64,000 nucleotides of DNA from positions 67,715 through 131,714 of the forward strand of contig JBBTWJ010000005.1 in the NCBI GenBank assembly GCA_038062895.1, read 5' to 3'. The stretch is from Patescibacteria group bacterium. Lineage in GTDB: Bacteria; Patescibacteriota; Microgenomatia; UBA10105; UBA927. The notes beneath the pieces are model-generated. The model searched no databases. It was not told where the DNA came from and was given only the letters and a program-made list of their open reading frames with translations. The position numbers and the translations under genes were made by a program. Shown piece after piece: positions 1-8,905 of this stretch (positions are counted from its first letter, which is position 1; the number at the start of each line of letters is the position of its first letter).

Positions 1-10
1 TCCTACAACC

Positions 11-766
11 ATGTCTGTCTTTTTCCATGGTGGTATAACGTCTTTCTGGGGTATCCTTAAATTATTTCCCGTTGGGGTTCATGTGGGTGCATCCGTCATA
101 ACGGGCTTAATCGGATTTCTTTTCACCGGCCTTGGGGTAAAGGGAGCAATCGCTGGAGCTTTCGCCCCACAAATACTCATCCTTTTCATAGTCGCAATTG
201 CCGTCATCATGGGTCTTGTACGACTGTTTTTTCTCCTTCTTGATGCTTATATCAATATCATAGTCGCGCTTCTCATCTCGCCTCTCCAACTTATGCTCGA
301 GGCGGTACCAGGAGTGGATGCTTTCGGGTCGTGGATAAAAAACCTCATAAGCAAATTGCTTGTGTTCCCTGTGACTGTCGCCCTTCTGCTCATCACATTC
401 TATCTGACAACAATCGGCGATACGGGAGAGCTCTGGGCTCCACCGCTTCTTTGGGGATCACCAGCTTCGTCTTCAGAAGGGCTTTCGGGATTGATCGCGC
501 TTGGCATGCTTTTATCTATTCCAACAATTGTCGGTGGTCTCCAAAAACTTCTCAAGGCTGAGCCCGTGGTCCCGGCTGGGATTGGTCCGATATTGGGCCC
601 CATGACCAGTGGCTTGGGACAACTCATCAATCTCTACTATCAGTTCAGCATGATCAAGGCGTACTCAAAGAAAGAACACGCGCCACCCGCCATGTCCTCA
701 GCCATGGGCGCCGGGAAACAAGATCTGGGAAGTCTGATCAAGGGCGGCGGGGGCGAGCAACATTAA
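11..766 (+). CDS. Polytopic membrane protein, possibly a VirB6/TrbL-like channel component of the adjacent T4SS-like cluster; may continue upstream of the window
   Basis: ORF track. Several hydrophobic helices followed by a Gly/Ala/Ser-rich tail. Adjacent to VirD4- and VirB4-like ATPases. No diagnostic motif seen. Confidence 0.4.
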   Translation: MSVFFHGGITSFWGILKLFPVGVHVGASVITGLIGFLFTGLGVKGAIAGAFAPQILILFIVAIAVIMGLVRLFFLLLDAYINIIVALLISPLQLMLEAVPGVDAFGSWIKNLISKLLVFPVTVALLLITFYLTTIGDTGELWAPPLLWGSPASSSEGLSGLIALGMLLSIPTIVGGLQKLLKAEPVVPAGIGPILGPMTSGLGQLINLYYQFSMIKAYSKKEHAPPAMSSAMGAGKQDLGSLIKGGGGEQH

Positions 767-773
767 AACATCA

Positions 774-3700
774 TCAATGACTTGATTTCTTCTCTTCTAT
801 GGACTGCGTGGCCGCCAACGCAATGGTGGCAAGGAGCACAACCCACCAATATTTACGCACCATCCCCAACAGTCGCCAATCCACCGTCGTTTTAAATTCT
901 TTGCGCAATTTATTGGCGTAGGTTGCATTAAACAGTCCATCATTTTGGGCGGTCACAATAAGTCGTTCGATCTCCCGTTCATCAAAAGCATTCCCTTCGG
1001 ATCCATCATAGCGGACGGAATACGATAACGCTTCCGCCACAGAATGTGGAAATTTTTCGATGTGCTTTTCTGATATTTCTTTCCAATGCGGGATAATCCG
1101 TTTAAACAGCGCATGGTTTTTCATATCGCTCCAGTCTGCTTCGGCAAAAAGCCGAACAAGAGTCGTTGCGCCGGGAATGGCCTGAAGGTTTAAGGCTCGA
1201 TTCCGGTTAAACTCGATAAACACACGGAACATTTCATACGTTGCATTATCTGCGGTGACGGGATCCGCGTAGTCCTGAATCGCCGCACGGTATTCTTTCA
1301 GTTTTTTTATGGTTTCCATCGGGTCATTCGGGGATATGAAATCCACGTTGGAAAGAAGCCCAATCCACGCGTCGCGTGCCCGCGCCATCGCTTCCATGTC
1401 GCGACCCCGCCGGTCCATGGCGATAAGGCCGAGCTGAAAAAAGTTGGCGTCTTTCCAGTTAAAGTCCGAGAGCATGAGCGTCATCGGAAATTCATGTTCC
1501 ACCCATGCATCGCGAAGGCTTTTGTGGAGAAGCGCTTTTCTCCCGTCTTTTTTATCAATTTTTCTTTCATGTTCAAATACTTCTTTTAAATCGTGAAGCA
1601 CTTCCTGATAATTATGTGCCCGTGCTTCCGGCACCCCCATCTGCTTTAAAAAGGGCATGACGTGCTCGGTAAATCCTTCTTTACTCGTCAGGTCCACGTG
1701 AACCACTTTAAGCTTTTCGTTGTCCCAAAGCTTCATCTCCGCCATGGAGAGCGCCCTCTGAAAAACCTGCAAGTCTTCCGCGTTCATGTTGTGAATCTTC
1801 AAGACCATATCCCTGTCTTTTCCGAGGAGTTGTAAAAATTTGGATGGCGTGCGCTCCATCATGAGGTTAAAAATACGCAACCGTTCGTCCCTCTTGTCCG
1901 TTCCAGCTAATAGAAGTTGGATTCCAAGCGCCTGGTTGTCCAGTATTGCCCCGTCCGGTAATGTGTCTTTGAGGCGCAAAAAGCGGCTGCGGATTTCGTC
2001 AAGCACGCCCTTCTCAAGCCGCCACGCCGACCCATCAAAAGACCCACCGCCTTTAAAAAACCCTTGACTGAGTATTTCGGTAAACGGAATACCGACGTCT
2101 TCTTCGGCAAACTTGAGATACGCGCGCGATAACTTGGCACCAGGCGAGTGATCAAAATAATGCTCTTCATCTTTCGTCCATGATTCAATCTGTTTCGTAT
2201 CGTATTTTTTGGCCCTAAGGAGATTGCGTTGAAGGATGTTTCTTGCTACTTTGCCCCGTTCATACCCCATGCCGAACCGGTGCATAAACAGGTCGGGATT
2301 AAAAATGCGCTGGTATTCTTCAAAGGCCGGAGAGCGCATAACATCTTTGCCGGTGGCTTGATATTCGATAGCCGGCCGGATGCCCATAAATGCACTGATT
2401 GCCGGCAGATGGGCGCTGCCGATCATGGCCTGACGGGCGGCCCAGATCGCGCGCTTGATCTTCCATTCCGGCACCTTCTCGCCCCTTGAATCGAGGTAAA
2501 TTTTGAGCCGCTCATAGACCTCGCGGTCCACGCGGGAGTAACTGAAATTTTTATCCAAATCTTTGAGATTGCCTTCGGATTTGCCGTTGTTTTTATAGAA
2601 CTTCTCAGCGCGAAGCGGTATCTCGCGGGTGAGGCGGTCAAATTCAAACTGTTCGGCTTCGTTGAGTTTGACGCCGGAAGCGACTTTTTTGTCGAGCATA
2701 ATCTTTTGCCGCTCCATAGCCTGAAGCTCCATGCCCAGTTGGGAATAGTTGATGACATCCTCGTCCCAAAGCATCACTCCGCCCCGGGCGGTATCCATGG
2801 CCTCCCCTATCTCGGACATAAGCAACTGTTGGTCTTTTGTAAGAAGACCAGTGTTATTTTTTTCCTTTAACACGTTGAATAATTCATCCCTTTTGATGTT
2901 GCCGCCGAATGGATTAGCCACTTCTTCTTTAAGCCAAACGAGCTTGGCTTGATAATCGGCTCTGCGGTCGTTGAGGATGTCCATGACTGCCTGCTCATAC
3001 ATGGGCATGGCGTAGTTAGCATAGTCAAAATTGCGGACATAAAACTCGAGATCGTCACCCGTAAGCATCCGGAACCAACGCGTCTTATCTTTCGCGTCAC
3101 CGGGTTGATACAAAATACCGGTCACGATGGCCTGGTGACGTCCGAAGTCTTTCCAAAGATAACGATATGTCTGAACTGTGGCTGAGTCCGCTCCATACGC
3201 CCACTCAATATACTTCTCAAACTCATTCCACTCGGACATCTCCGGCAAGTCCGGCTGGGCCCGCTCGCGACCAAAACCATATATTTTATTTAAGAACCGG
3301 TGCGCCCACTCGTCGACCCCCTCGTCACCTTTTCTGAGTAACTTCGCATCATCCGGAGAAATATATCCGAACTGTCCAAACTCATCTCCATCTGCGTGCT
3401 GAGCCGGCTTACTAAAGTTATCTTTTATATCCCCCCAACGGACTGTTTCCACCTCCTGGCCTCGCCTGTTGCGGCGAATCTTTTCCATTTCAAATTCATT
3501 CTGCTTTGATTCCCGAATGACATCGGTCAATCTTCTCACTGATTCTTTTACCTGTTCAGGGGGTAAATTTTTTGCAACACCTTCTTCTTTGATTTTTTGT
3601 ATGTGCTCGGCGATTTTATGAGTGTCATGAAGCGCCCCCTCGTCATACCGCAGCATCTGTTGATATGCCTTTAATTTCTCGTCAAGCCCGCTGCCGGCAA

Positions 3701-4217
3701 GGGCATCTCCCCCGTCCGCATCATACAACCGGTCCACCGCCGACCATTGAGAGAGTACTTCTCCCTGAAGGCGGAGGTCTGCAAGCGATGCGTGCTCTGC
3801 GGTAATTCTTCGTAGGTATTTGTTGGCTTCTTTGGCAGTGTCCGTTCCCGGGCCGGACTCATCCATGATATGCAGAAGCTTCTCCCCAACCCGACGCATG
3901 GCCGCCGGATCGGCAAGCACTTCTTCTGGTGCGTCAATAATTTCTTGAACCACGCTTAACACTCTGGCGTCACGGGGGCGGTCTCCCTCCTTCACAATTT
4001 TTTTGGTTGATTCCGGCACGCCCTTGGTGAGCCTTTCGGCAAGTGCCTTAAGTTTGTCGGTTGCTGCCTCTACAAAACTCTTTTTTTCGGGGTGTATCGG
4101 AAGATCCCCAAGCTCGTGGGCGCCCGGCGGGATAGCCCCCTCCACGGGAACATCACCGCTTCCTAATGCTCGGGCTACCGACTCTGCGACTCGCTTCAGT
4201 GTTTCTTCTCCGGCCAT
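774..4217 (-). CDS. Large (1147 aa) hypothetical protein with a single C-terminal transmembrane anchor, co-transcribed downstream of the VirD4-like ATPase
   Basis: Long uninterrupted ORF. Charged, helical sequence. C-terminal hydrophobic segment WWVVLLATIALAATQ. Intergenic gap to the upstream gene is 54 nt. Confidence 0.6.
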   Translation of the reverse strand: MAGEETLKRVAESVARALGSGDVPVEGAIPPGAHELGDLPIHPEKKSFVEAATDKLKALAERLTKGVPESTKKIVKEGDRPRDARVLSVVQEIIDAPEEVLADPAAMRRVGEKLLHIMDESGPGTDTAKEANKYLRRITAEHASLADLRLQGEVLSQWSAVDRLYDADGGDALAGSGLDEKLKAYQQMLRYDEGALHDTHKIAEHIQKIKEEGVAKNLPPEQVKESVRRLTDVIRESKQNEFEMEKIRRNRRGQEVETVRWGDIKDNFSKPAQHADGDEFGQFGYISPDDAKLLRKGDEGVDEWAHRFLNKIYGFGRERAQPDLPEMSEWNEFEKYIEWAYGADSATVQTYRYLWKDFGRHQAIVTGILYQPGDAKDKTRWFRMLTGDDLEFYVRNFDYANYAMPMYEQAVMDILNDRRADYQAKLVWLKEEVANPFGGNIKRDELFNVLKEKNNTGLLTKDQQLLMSEIGEAMDTARGGVMLWDEDVINYSQLGMELQAMERQKIMLDKKVASGVKLNEAEQFEFDRLTREIPLRAEKFYKNNGKSEGNLKDLDKNFSYSRVDREVYERLKIYLDSRGEKVPEWKIKRAIWAARQAMIGSAHLPAISAFMGIRPAIEYQATGKDVMRSPAFEEYQRIFNPDLFMHRFGMGYERGKVARNILQRNLLRAKKYDTKQIESWTKDEEHYFDHSPGAKLSRAYLKFAEEDVGIPFTEILSQGFFKGGGSFDGSAWRLEKGVLDEIRSRFLRLKDTLPDGAILDNQALGIQLLLAGTDKRDERLRIFNLMMERTPSKFLQLLGKDRDMVLKIHNMNAEDLQVFQRALSMAEMKLWDNEKLKVVHVDLTSKEGFTEHVMPFLKQMGVPEARAHNYQEVLHDLKEVFEHERKIDKKDGRKALLHKSLRDAWVEHEFPMTLMLSDFNWKDANFFQLGLIAMDRRGRDMEAMARARDAWIGLLSNVDFISPNDPMETIKKLKEYRAAIQDYADPVTADNATYEMFRVFIEFNRNRALNLQAIPGATTLVRLFAEADWSDMKNHALFKRIIPHWKEISEKHIEKFPHSVAEALSYSVRYDGSEGNAFDEREIERLIVTAQNDGLFNATYANKLRKEFKTTVDWRLLGMVRKYWWVVLLATIALAATQSIEEKKSSH

Positions 4218-4271
4218 AATGATCTTCCTCTTGTTGCATTTTACCCTGCCGGGGATGAATAAACAAACAAT

Positions 4272-6485
4272 TTATTCTTTTATGCTGCTCCCGTATCGCT
4301 CGCGTGAGCTGCGGATGACTTTTTCACGATTCTGATTTCTTGATCGCGGGAGGGGCAAGGTCGTGGCCGAAAACGGAAGACTCGTTTGGTTATCGATAGA
4401 TAATTTGAGAAGAATTTGATAATTGCCCAAAGACACAAGCTCTGCTTCTGTATATTTTTCCCCAAACTCGCGGCTTAACGCCCGGGCGTCGGCCGCTCCC
4501 ACTCCAAATGAAACGATCGACCCCGCATTACCAAAGATGGCTTTTTGGACCTCCTCGTCTATCTGGCCAATATATTGGTTGGCAAGCGTCAAGCATAGCC
4601 GATACTTGCGCGCTTCGGAAAGAATTTTGATAAACGAGTTGGTCGCGAAATTTTGGAACTCATCGACGTAAAGATAAAAGTCTTTACGATCCTCTTCCGC
4701 CTGGTATACGCGGTTCATGGCAGCAAGCTGGATCTTGGTAATAATCATGGCGCCAAGAAGCGCGCTGTTATCCTCCCCGAGCTTGCCCTGGGAAAGATTC
4801 ACCAACACGATTTTTCCGTCATTCATCATCGTCTCCAGGTCTACGGTTGATTTGGAGTGACCGACGATATTCCTAATCGTCTGGGAAGAGAGAAATTGGC
4901 CTACCTTGTTTAATATCGGCGATATCGCTTCGCTGCGAAGCTGCGGCGACATTTTATTAAATTCATTGACCCAATAATTTTTGAGGACCTGGTCGGGAAG
5001 CTTATCAACCACGCCCGCGCGATACTTATCATTGGTCAGAAGCTCCGGCACTCCGAGAAGCGTCGACCCGGGGACGTACAGAAGCGTCAAAATGGTGTTT
5101 CGTAAAATATACTCGAGCCGCGGCCCCCAACTGTAACTGTAGAGTTTGTAAAAAATTGAGACAATACCGGAGGCCACAAGCTCCCGAAATGCTTCGTTTT
5201 TCACCTCCAGAGGATTGAGGTGAAACGGATGCTCGCTATCGGACGGATCCAGATATGCCACGTCGTTAATCCGGTGAGACGGCACGTAATCCAAGATGAT
5301 GTCGATGAGGTCTCCGTGCGGGTCAACCACGGCGACTCCTTCGCGGTTTTTCATGTCGCCCACGACCAAGTTGGCGATCATGGTCGATTTGCCCGTCCCC
5401 GTTTTTCCGACGACGTACACGTGCTTCCTCCGATCATCTTTCTTGATGCCAAACGTCGCCGGTTTATTGCGAAATTCCGTACGGGCAAAAAAGTTAATCC
5501 GTGCCCTCTCCTCTTCGCTGTCGGTAGAAATAGGTAAATTTTCCGGCGCTTCACTGGTGAGTTTCTCCCCCCACGCGATATTTTTTATCATCGCAAGACT
5601 CATGCCCGGCGGATGCCAAAGGCTCGCTAGCTCCGCGGCCCCAAAAATTTGGTTTTTCGGAGAGCCATCGGACGCGCGGGCGACAAACGCCGCCTCGGTG
5701 CGCTTTTTTTGCCAAAACGGGGGTTGAGCGGCGTGAAGACTGTTTCCTTCGCCAAGAGCGAATGCGCCGTATGATCCGACGAGGTCGTGAATAAGTGACC
5801 AAGCCCGATCCTGGTCCCCCGCTACCGCAACGACCCGAAAAGCGACCGTAAAGCCTGTTTGATTTATTTTCGACTCGATAAGCCGCGCGTGCGGATGGGC
5901 TTTCGTGCGGCCAAGGGTCGATGAAAGATCCGGAATGCCCGCAGCGACTGTCCGGGCGGCTGACTGCTGCCATCCGGAACCCGCGGGGGCCACACGCAGC
6001 TGTACGGAAACCGCTTCACCCTTGGGGAGTTGAGCGAGTTGACCCAAAAGACCGGCGAGCATGTCCAGATCGCGCACGTCTTTGTAGGTTTTCAGAGGAT
6101 AATAATATGCGTTACCTAATGTAAGGTGGGCCACCGCATGAGGAAGAGACAAAAAGTGCGGGGCGTAATCAGGGACAGGGGCGAGCATCATCTTGGGGTA
6201 ATGTGCGGCAAGCTGACTTTCTAAAAATACGGCAACCCCTTTGGGGGCAACAATAAAAAAATGAATAGCGCTATTGACAGACGCCAGCTCAAAACTCGCC
6301 CATCGCGCCGCCGCCGCGTGGCCCCCGCCAAAAAGAGACTCAAAAAATCCGCGGTGTGCCCCCCCAGTCCCCAGGGCGGCAAACACTTGCTCCATGGCCT
6401 CCGGTGTTTCTTCGCTCTCTCTATTATTTTTAAGCTCAAGAATAGATATGGCTTCAGAATCCATGAAGTAATCATAGCAGAGCAA
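4272..6485 (-). CDS. virD4: Type IV coupling protein-like ATPase (TraD/VirD4/TraG family), no N-terminal TM segments
   Basis: Walker A VVGKTGTGKST; DPHGDL motif typical of the TraD/VirD4 DNA-transfer ATPase core; Walker B-like LYVDEFQNF. Confidence 0.7.
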   Translation of the reverse strand: MLCYDYFMDSEAISILELKNNRESEETPEAMEQVFAALGTGGAHRGFFESLFGGGHAAAARWASFELASVNSAIHFFIVAPKGVAVFLESQLAAHYPKMMLAPVPDYAPHFLSLPHAVAHLTLGNAYYYPLKTYKDVRDLDMLAGLLGQLAQLPKGEAVSVQLRVAPAGSGWQQSAARTVAAGIPDLSSTLGRTKAHPHARLIESKINQTGFTVAFRVVAVAGDQDRAWSLIHDLVGSYGAFALGEGNSLHAAQPPFWQKKRTEAAFVARASDGSPKNQIFGAAELASLWHPPGMSLAMIKNIAWGEKLTSEAPENLPISTDSEEERARINFFARTEFRNKPATFGIKKDDRRKHVYVVGKTGTGKSTMIANLVVGDMKNREGVAVVDPHGDLIDIILDYVPSHRINDVAYLDPSDSEHPFHLNPLEVKNEAFRELVASGIVSIFYKLYSYSWGPRLEYILRNTILTLLYVPGSTLLGVPELLTNDKYRAGVVDKLPDQVLKNYWVNEFNKMSPQLRSEAISPILNKVGQFLSSQTIRNIVGHSKSTVDLETMMNDGKIVLVNLSQGKLGEDNSALLGAMIITKIQLAAMNRVYQAEEDRKDFYLYVDEFQNFATNSFIKILSEARKYRLCLTLANQYIGQIDEEVQKAIFGNAGSIVSFGVGAADARALSREFGEKYTEAELVSLGNYQILLKLSIDNQTSLPFSATTLPLPRSRNQNREKVIRSSRERYGSSIKE

Positions 6486-6497
6486 AGTTAATTACAT

Positions 6498-6533
6498 AAG
6501 GCCACCCCTTGCGGCTCTGCAAGGGGTGGCCTT
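6498..6533. promoter_or_regulatory. Perfect 13-bp-stem GC-rich hairpin (AAGGCCACCCCTT-loop-AAGGGGTGGCCTT) in the divergent intergenic region
   Basis: Read directly. No T-tract on either side, so not a canonical intrinsic terminator. Confidence 0.5.
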
Positions 6534-6671
6534 AGAAAACAAAAGCTGTGAAAACTAAAAAGTGGAGTTTTCACGGTCCTGATGCGCTTCGTCATACTTG
6601 ATCCCCACATAAATCCAGCTTACAATGATTTTACGACGCTCATACGTCTTATTTATAAACAACCATTGATA

Positions 6672-6716
6672 AGCACATGATTTAGAAACGCGATATACAC
6701 ATGATTATCATGTGCT
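6672..6716. promoter_or_regulatory. Operator-like palindrome CACATGATTATCATGTG (17 bp, perfect) plus an upstream AGCACATGAT half-site, 9-50 nt upstream of the PrgI-like gene start
   Basis: Perfect palindrome read directly at 6698-6714. Half-site repeat at 6672-6681. Confidence 0.5.
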
Positions 6717-6722
6717 GATCAC

Positions 6723-8096
6723 GTGTTTTTCATCACGCGCTCATCTCTCGTATTCATGGAACAACATCCGGTTCCTCAAAACGTCACGACGTTTCAGTTT
6801 CGGCTGATCGGTGACATGACCATCAAGCAGTTCGGTTACTTGGCCGGCGGCATCATCGCGGCGTACGTCTGCTACAAGCTTCCTCTGCCTTTTTTCTTTA
6901 CATGGCCCCTTGCTGTGACCTGTGGACTTTTAGGCTTTGGCCTGGCCTTTGTACCCGTCGAGGAACGGCCCATGGACGTTTGGATTGCGTCGTTTTTTCG
7001 AAACATCTACAGCCCCACACAATGGGTTTGGTCCCGCGAAGCGAGATCCGGCTCCGCCGGACAAAAATCCGTAACTCACGAATTGCCCATGACCACGACG
7101 CGGGTCTCCTCGGCGCATCACACATCAATAATTGATCAAACCATGAGGGCCTTCTCTTCAACAAAACCCAGTCCTCGTTCGACTGCTCCCACAATGACCG
7201 CGCCACATCCCACCTTCTCAACGAGAATGGCGACGGCACCATTATTGAGCGGAAAACCCATGATAACAATTCACGCCCACACGGGTTGGGTTGAATGGCT
7301 TGAGGCACTGTTTCATGATAAATCCAAGCCGTCGCCGAGGCTGTCGCCAGGACTTTCTTTTACGGATGCCCTTGCTTTTAAACAAAAACCGTCTATTGTT
7401 GGCACCCGCGTTGCGCCAACTACACAGCCACAACAAGCGCCCCTACCAACGCCAAAACCCGCAAGCGCTCCTCCTGTGGCGGTGGCGGCGCAACAGGCCC
7501 AGGCGCCCGTGCGGGCGCCACAATCACCAGAGACGCACGATCGCGTCGCCCTGCTGCAAAATCAATTATCAGAAATGATGCGTGACCGCGAACGGCTACA
7601 AGGGGAACTTCTCACAATGAGACAGCACGCAGAGGGTCGCCAACCAACAACCCCTCTCCCGCCTTCACGACAGGCCTCCGTGATGAGACCGCCCGCCGCC
7701 CCATCCACCCCCACCGTCAGAGTTATCTCACCCGCAGCAGCAACAGGGGCGGGGCTTCCCCGATTGACTACGTTTCCTAACATTGTCACAGGAATCATCA
7801 AAGACCAGTACGGCAACCTCCTCCCCGGCATGCTCATCACGGTACGCGACCGCAACGACGTGCCCCTTCGGGCGCTTAAGACCAACCGTCTCGGCCAGTT
7901 CGCCGCATCCACACCACTTCCGGACAACACCTATGTCGTAGACATTGAGGATCCTAAAGCTTCGTTTATATTTGACAAAGCTCAAATTCAACTCGCCGGC
8001 GCCATCGCCCCACCCCTTGAGATCACTGCGAAAAGCCAAAAACAGGTGGAGCGAGACCGTCTGGCTAAGGAGATATTTGGAAACCAAATGCAATAA
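6723..8096 (+). CDS. PrgI/VirB3-like two-TM membrane protein fused to a long Pro/Ala/Thr-rich low-complexity region and a C-terminal globular domain
   Basis: N-terminal KQFGYLAGGIIAAYVCYKLPLPFFFTWPLAVTCGLLGFGLAFVPV (two hydrophobic helices). Sits immediately before the VirB4-like gene, as prgI does before prgJ. Proline-rich middle section. GTG start at 6723, alternative ATG at 6756. Confidence 0.5.
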   Translation: MFFITRSSLVFMEQHPVPQNVTTFQFRLIGDMTIKQFGYLAGGIIAAYVCYKLPLPFFFTWPLAVTCGLLGFGLAFVPVEERPMDVWIASFFRNIYSPTQWVWSREARSGSAGQKSVTHELPMTTTRVSSAHHTSIIDQTMRAFSSTKPSPRSTAPTMTAPHPTFSTRMATAPLLSGKPMITIHAHTGWVEWLEALFHDKSKPSPRLSPGLSFTDALAFKQKPSIVGTRVAPTTQPQQAPLPTPKPASAPPVAVAAQQAQAPVRAPQSPETHDRVALLQNQLSEMMRDRERLQGELLTMRQHAEGRQPTTPLPPSRQASVMRPPAAPSTPTVRVISPAAATGAGLPRLTTFPNIVTGIIKDQYGNLLPGMLITVRDRNDVPLRALKTNRLGQFAASTPLPDNTYVVDIEDPKASFIFDKAQIQLAGAIAPPLEITAKSQKQVERDRLAKEIFGNQMQ

Positions 8097-8103
8097 AAAT
8101 AAC

Positions 8104-8200
8104 GAAATAAACGAATAATGGAATAAACGAATAAGCTAATGAATAATTTATTCGAAATTCTATTATTTCATTATTCAATTATTCATTTATTCGCTTATTA
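8104..8200. repeat. AT-rich array of GAATAA hexamers (four forward) followed by TTATTC hexamers (four reverse), forming an extended imperfect palindrome between the PrgI-like and downstream T4SS genes
   Basis: Read directly: gaaataaacgaataatggaataaacgaataagctaatgaataatttattcgaaattctattatttcattattcaattattcatttattcgcttatt. Confidence 0.55.
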
Positions 8201-8203
8201 CTC

Positions 8204-8905
8204 ATGACACAACCCATCATACCCATCCGCTCAACCACGCAGGCATTCACGGAAATCGTGGACATTGACCGCGACGTCGTTCTATTTGTCGATGGATCCT
8301 GTGCCATAGTCATCTCCACGACCGCCGTAAACTTTGGTCTTCTCTCGGAAAAGGAACAAGAGGCCATCATCTACGCATATGCGGGACTCCTCAATTCGTT
8401 GTCGTTTCCCATACAAGTGCTCATCCGATCTCAACATAAAGACATATCATCGTATCTTAAGCTTCTCGAGGACCAGGAGATGAAACAGAAAAACCCGCGT
8501 CTTGCCAAAAATATCGCCAACTACCGCGCGTTTGTGGCATCAACCGTCAAAGAAAAGGACGTGCTCGATAAAAAATTTTATATCGTCATCCCGTTTTCAA
8601 GCCTCGAACTTGGATCTTCTACAAAAGTCCTTTTTGGCAGCAAAAGCCGCGGGCTGCCGTATGACAAAGAATATATTTATGAAAAAGCCATAACCGTACT
8701 TACCCCAAAAAAAGATCAGATTATGCGACTCGTTTCGCGCATAGGTCTCCAAGGTAAACAACTCACCAACGATCAGCTTACACGATTATTTTTTTCTGTC
8801 TACAACCCCGGTGTGCCACAACCGGAGCAAATTAATCCGACCAATTTAACCAATAACCCAATCCGACCAATGAATGAAAATCGGATTGATCAAATTAACA
8901 CATGA
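8204..8905 (+). CDS. Soluble hypothetical protein translationally coupled (ATGA overlap) to the VirB4-like ATPase
   Basis: ORF track. No TM segments. 4-nt overlap with the next ORF. Confidence 0.5.
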   Translation: MTQPIIPIRSTTQAFTEIVDIDRDVVLFVDGSCAIVISTTAVNFGLLSEKEQEAIIYAYAGLLNSLSFPIQVLIRSQHKDISSYLKLLEDQEMKQKNPRLAKNIANYRAFVASTVKEKDVLDKKFYIVIPFSSLELGSSTKVLFGSKSRGLPYDKEYIYEKAITVLTPKKDQIMRLVSRIGLQGKQLTNDQLTRLFFSVYNPGVPQPEQINPTNLTNNPIRPMNENRIDQINT

